Shown here: one piece after another, positions 63,188 through 64,000 of the stretch
How the letters are laid out: every line of letters starts with the position of its first letter
Position numbering within the stretch: the stretch's first letter is position 1
Source: an uncultured Eubacteriales bacterium
Lineage (GTDB): Bacteria > Bacillota > Clostridia > Christensenellales > CAG-138
Length of the DNA: 64,000 bases
NCBI GenBank assembly: GCA_902789675.1
Contig: CADAPG010000002.1
Coordinates: forward strand, 10,327 to 74,326
Reading direction: 5' to 3'
The notes under the pieces: model-generated
Told to the model about the DNA's origin: nothing
Seen by the model: only the letters and a program-made list of their open reading frames with translations
Databases searched by the model: none
Made by a program: the position numbers and the translations under genes

Positions 63188-63217
63188 TGCATCAATCGTT
63201 TTCCGAGGGGCGTCGTT

Positions 63218-64000
63218 ATGAATACCGTAAAGAAATATCTGCATCCCATCCTGATCTTTGTAATCTTCGAAGCCGTGGCGATCACACTCTGGCTGACCAA
63301 ACACAACCTGTTCTATCTGTTCAATTTCAGCTATATCGGCATCTCGATCGCGCTCGGCATCTTCCTCTATATCCGAAAATACAAGCACGCGCGGCGCGTT
63401 GTGCAGCTGCTCGTCGGGCTCTATATGCTGGTCTATCTCGGCTTCATCAAGGGCGAGAACATGCAGATCGAAGGCTTCTGGTACTATCTGTTCACCGGCG
63501 TGTTTGAGGCGGCGACCATCCATTACGCCGTCGCGAAGATTTTCGGACCGCTGATCTTCGGACGCGGCTGGTGCGGCTATGCCTGCTGGACCGCAATGGT
63601 GCTTGATTTTCTGCCGTACAAGGTCCCGCAGAAGCCGCGGAAGAAGCTCGGCTGGATCCGGTATATCACGTTTGCGGCTTCGCTGATCTTCGTCGCCGCG
63701 CTGTTCCTTGCGAAGGTCGGGAACATCGAACGCATCATGTTCTGGGCGTTTCTCATCGGCAATCTCGTCTATTACGGCGTCGGCATCGCGCTCGCGTTTG
63801 CGTTCAGGGATAACCGCGCGTTCTGTAAGTATATCTGCCCAATCACGGTCTTTCTGAAGCCGATGAGCTATTTTTCACTGTTCCGCGTCAGGTGCGACAA
63901 GGAGAAGTGCGTCTCCTGCGGCAAATGCAAACGCGTCTGTCCGATGAACGTCGACGTGACCGACAATTCGAGAAAGCGCGAGAATGGGACGGAGTGCATC
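63218..64000 (+). CDS. integral membrane 4Fe-4S binding (polyferredoxin-like) protein; the 3' end is outside the window
   Basis: ATG 63218 is open in frame to the window end (261 codons) and is absent from the ORF track because no stop is reached. It has several TM helices, a GWCGYACW motif and the ferredoxin motif CVSCGKCKRVCP. Confidence 0.75.
   Translation, partial: MNTVKKYLHPILIFVIFEAVAITLWLTKHNLFYLFNFSYIGISIALGIFLYIRKYKHARRVVQLLVGLYMLVYLGFIKGENMQIEGFWYYLFTGVFEAATIHYAVAKIFGPLIFGRGWCGYACWTAMVLDFLPYKVPQKPRKKLGWIRYITFAASLIFVAALFLAKVGNIERIMFWAFLIGNLVYYGVGIALAFAFRDNRAFCKYICPITVFLKPMSYFSLFRVRCDKEKCVSCGKCKRVCPMNVDVTDNSRKRENGTECI

Overview
64 kb of a high-GC, Clostridia-like chromosome. The Oscillospiraceae/Ruminococcaceae-type assignment is inferred only from gene content, T-box use, an ECF folate transporter and CCA-encoding tRNAs. 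I support about 60 protein genes, and most are housekeeping: hisS-aspS, trxA, the Rrf2-nifS-nifU module, cysS, folT-folC, pdp, polA-coaE, lspA-rluD, valS, pgi-rodA, queA-tgt and tsaE-tsaB-rimI. There are also 15 tRNA genes in three clusters, two T-box leaders (hisS-aspS and valS), and several sigma-70-type promoters and hairpin terminators. I saw no rRNA, CRISPR array, transposase, integrase or phage genes. The many long antisense ORFs in the six-frame track are GC-driven shadow ORFs. The most unusual content is listed here. (1) A 6.6-kb array of three consecutive ECF-sigma / single-pass membrane-partner modules (51.1-57.7 kb). All three share an ECF-type promoter motif, two carry a conserved leader palindrome, and sigma and partner types are combined in a mosaic way. 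(2) Two structurally parallel arrays of GATG-spaced mini-hairpins sit directly behind the terminators of both plus-strand tRNA operons (38.0 kb and 63.0 kb). (3) Smaller oddities include a frameshifted P-loop kinase gene, a membrane-anchored cohesin-domain protein, an NlpC/P60 hydrolase with about 15 KPTKTP repeats, a degenerate glycerate-kinase-like protein coupled to an ABC-F gene, and a low-GC lipoprotein islet. All functional calls come from motif recognition by eye. No database search was run.
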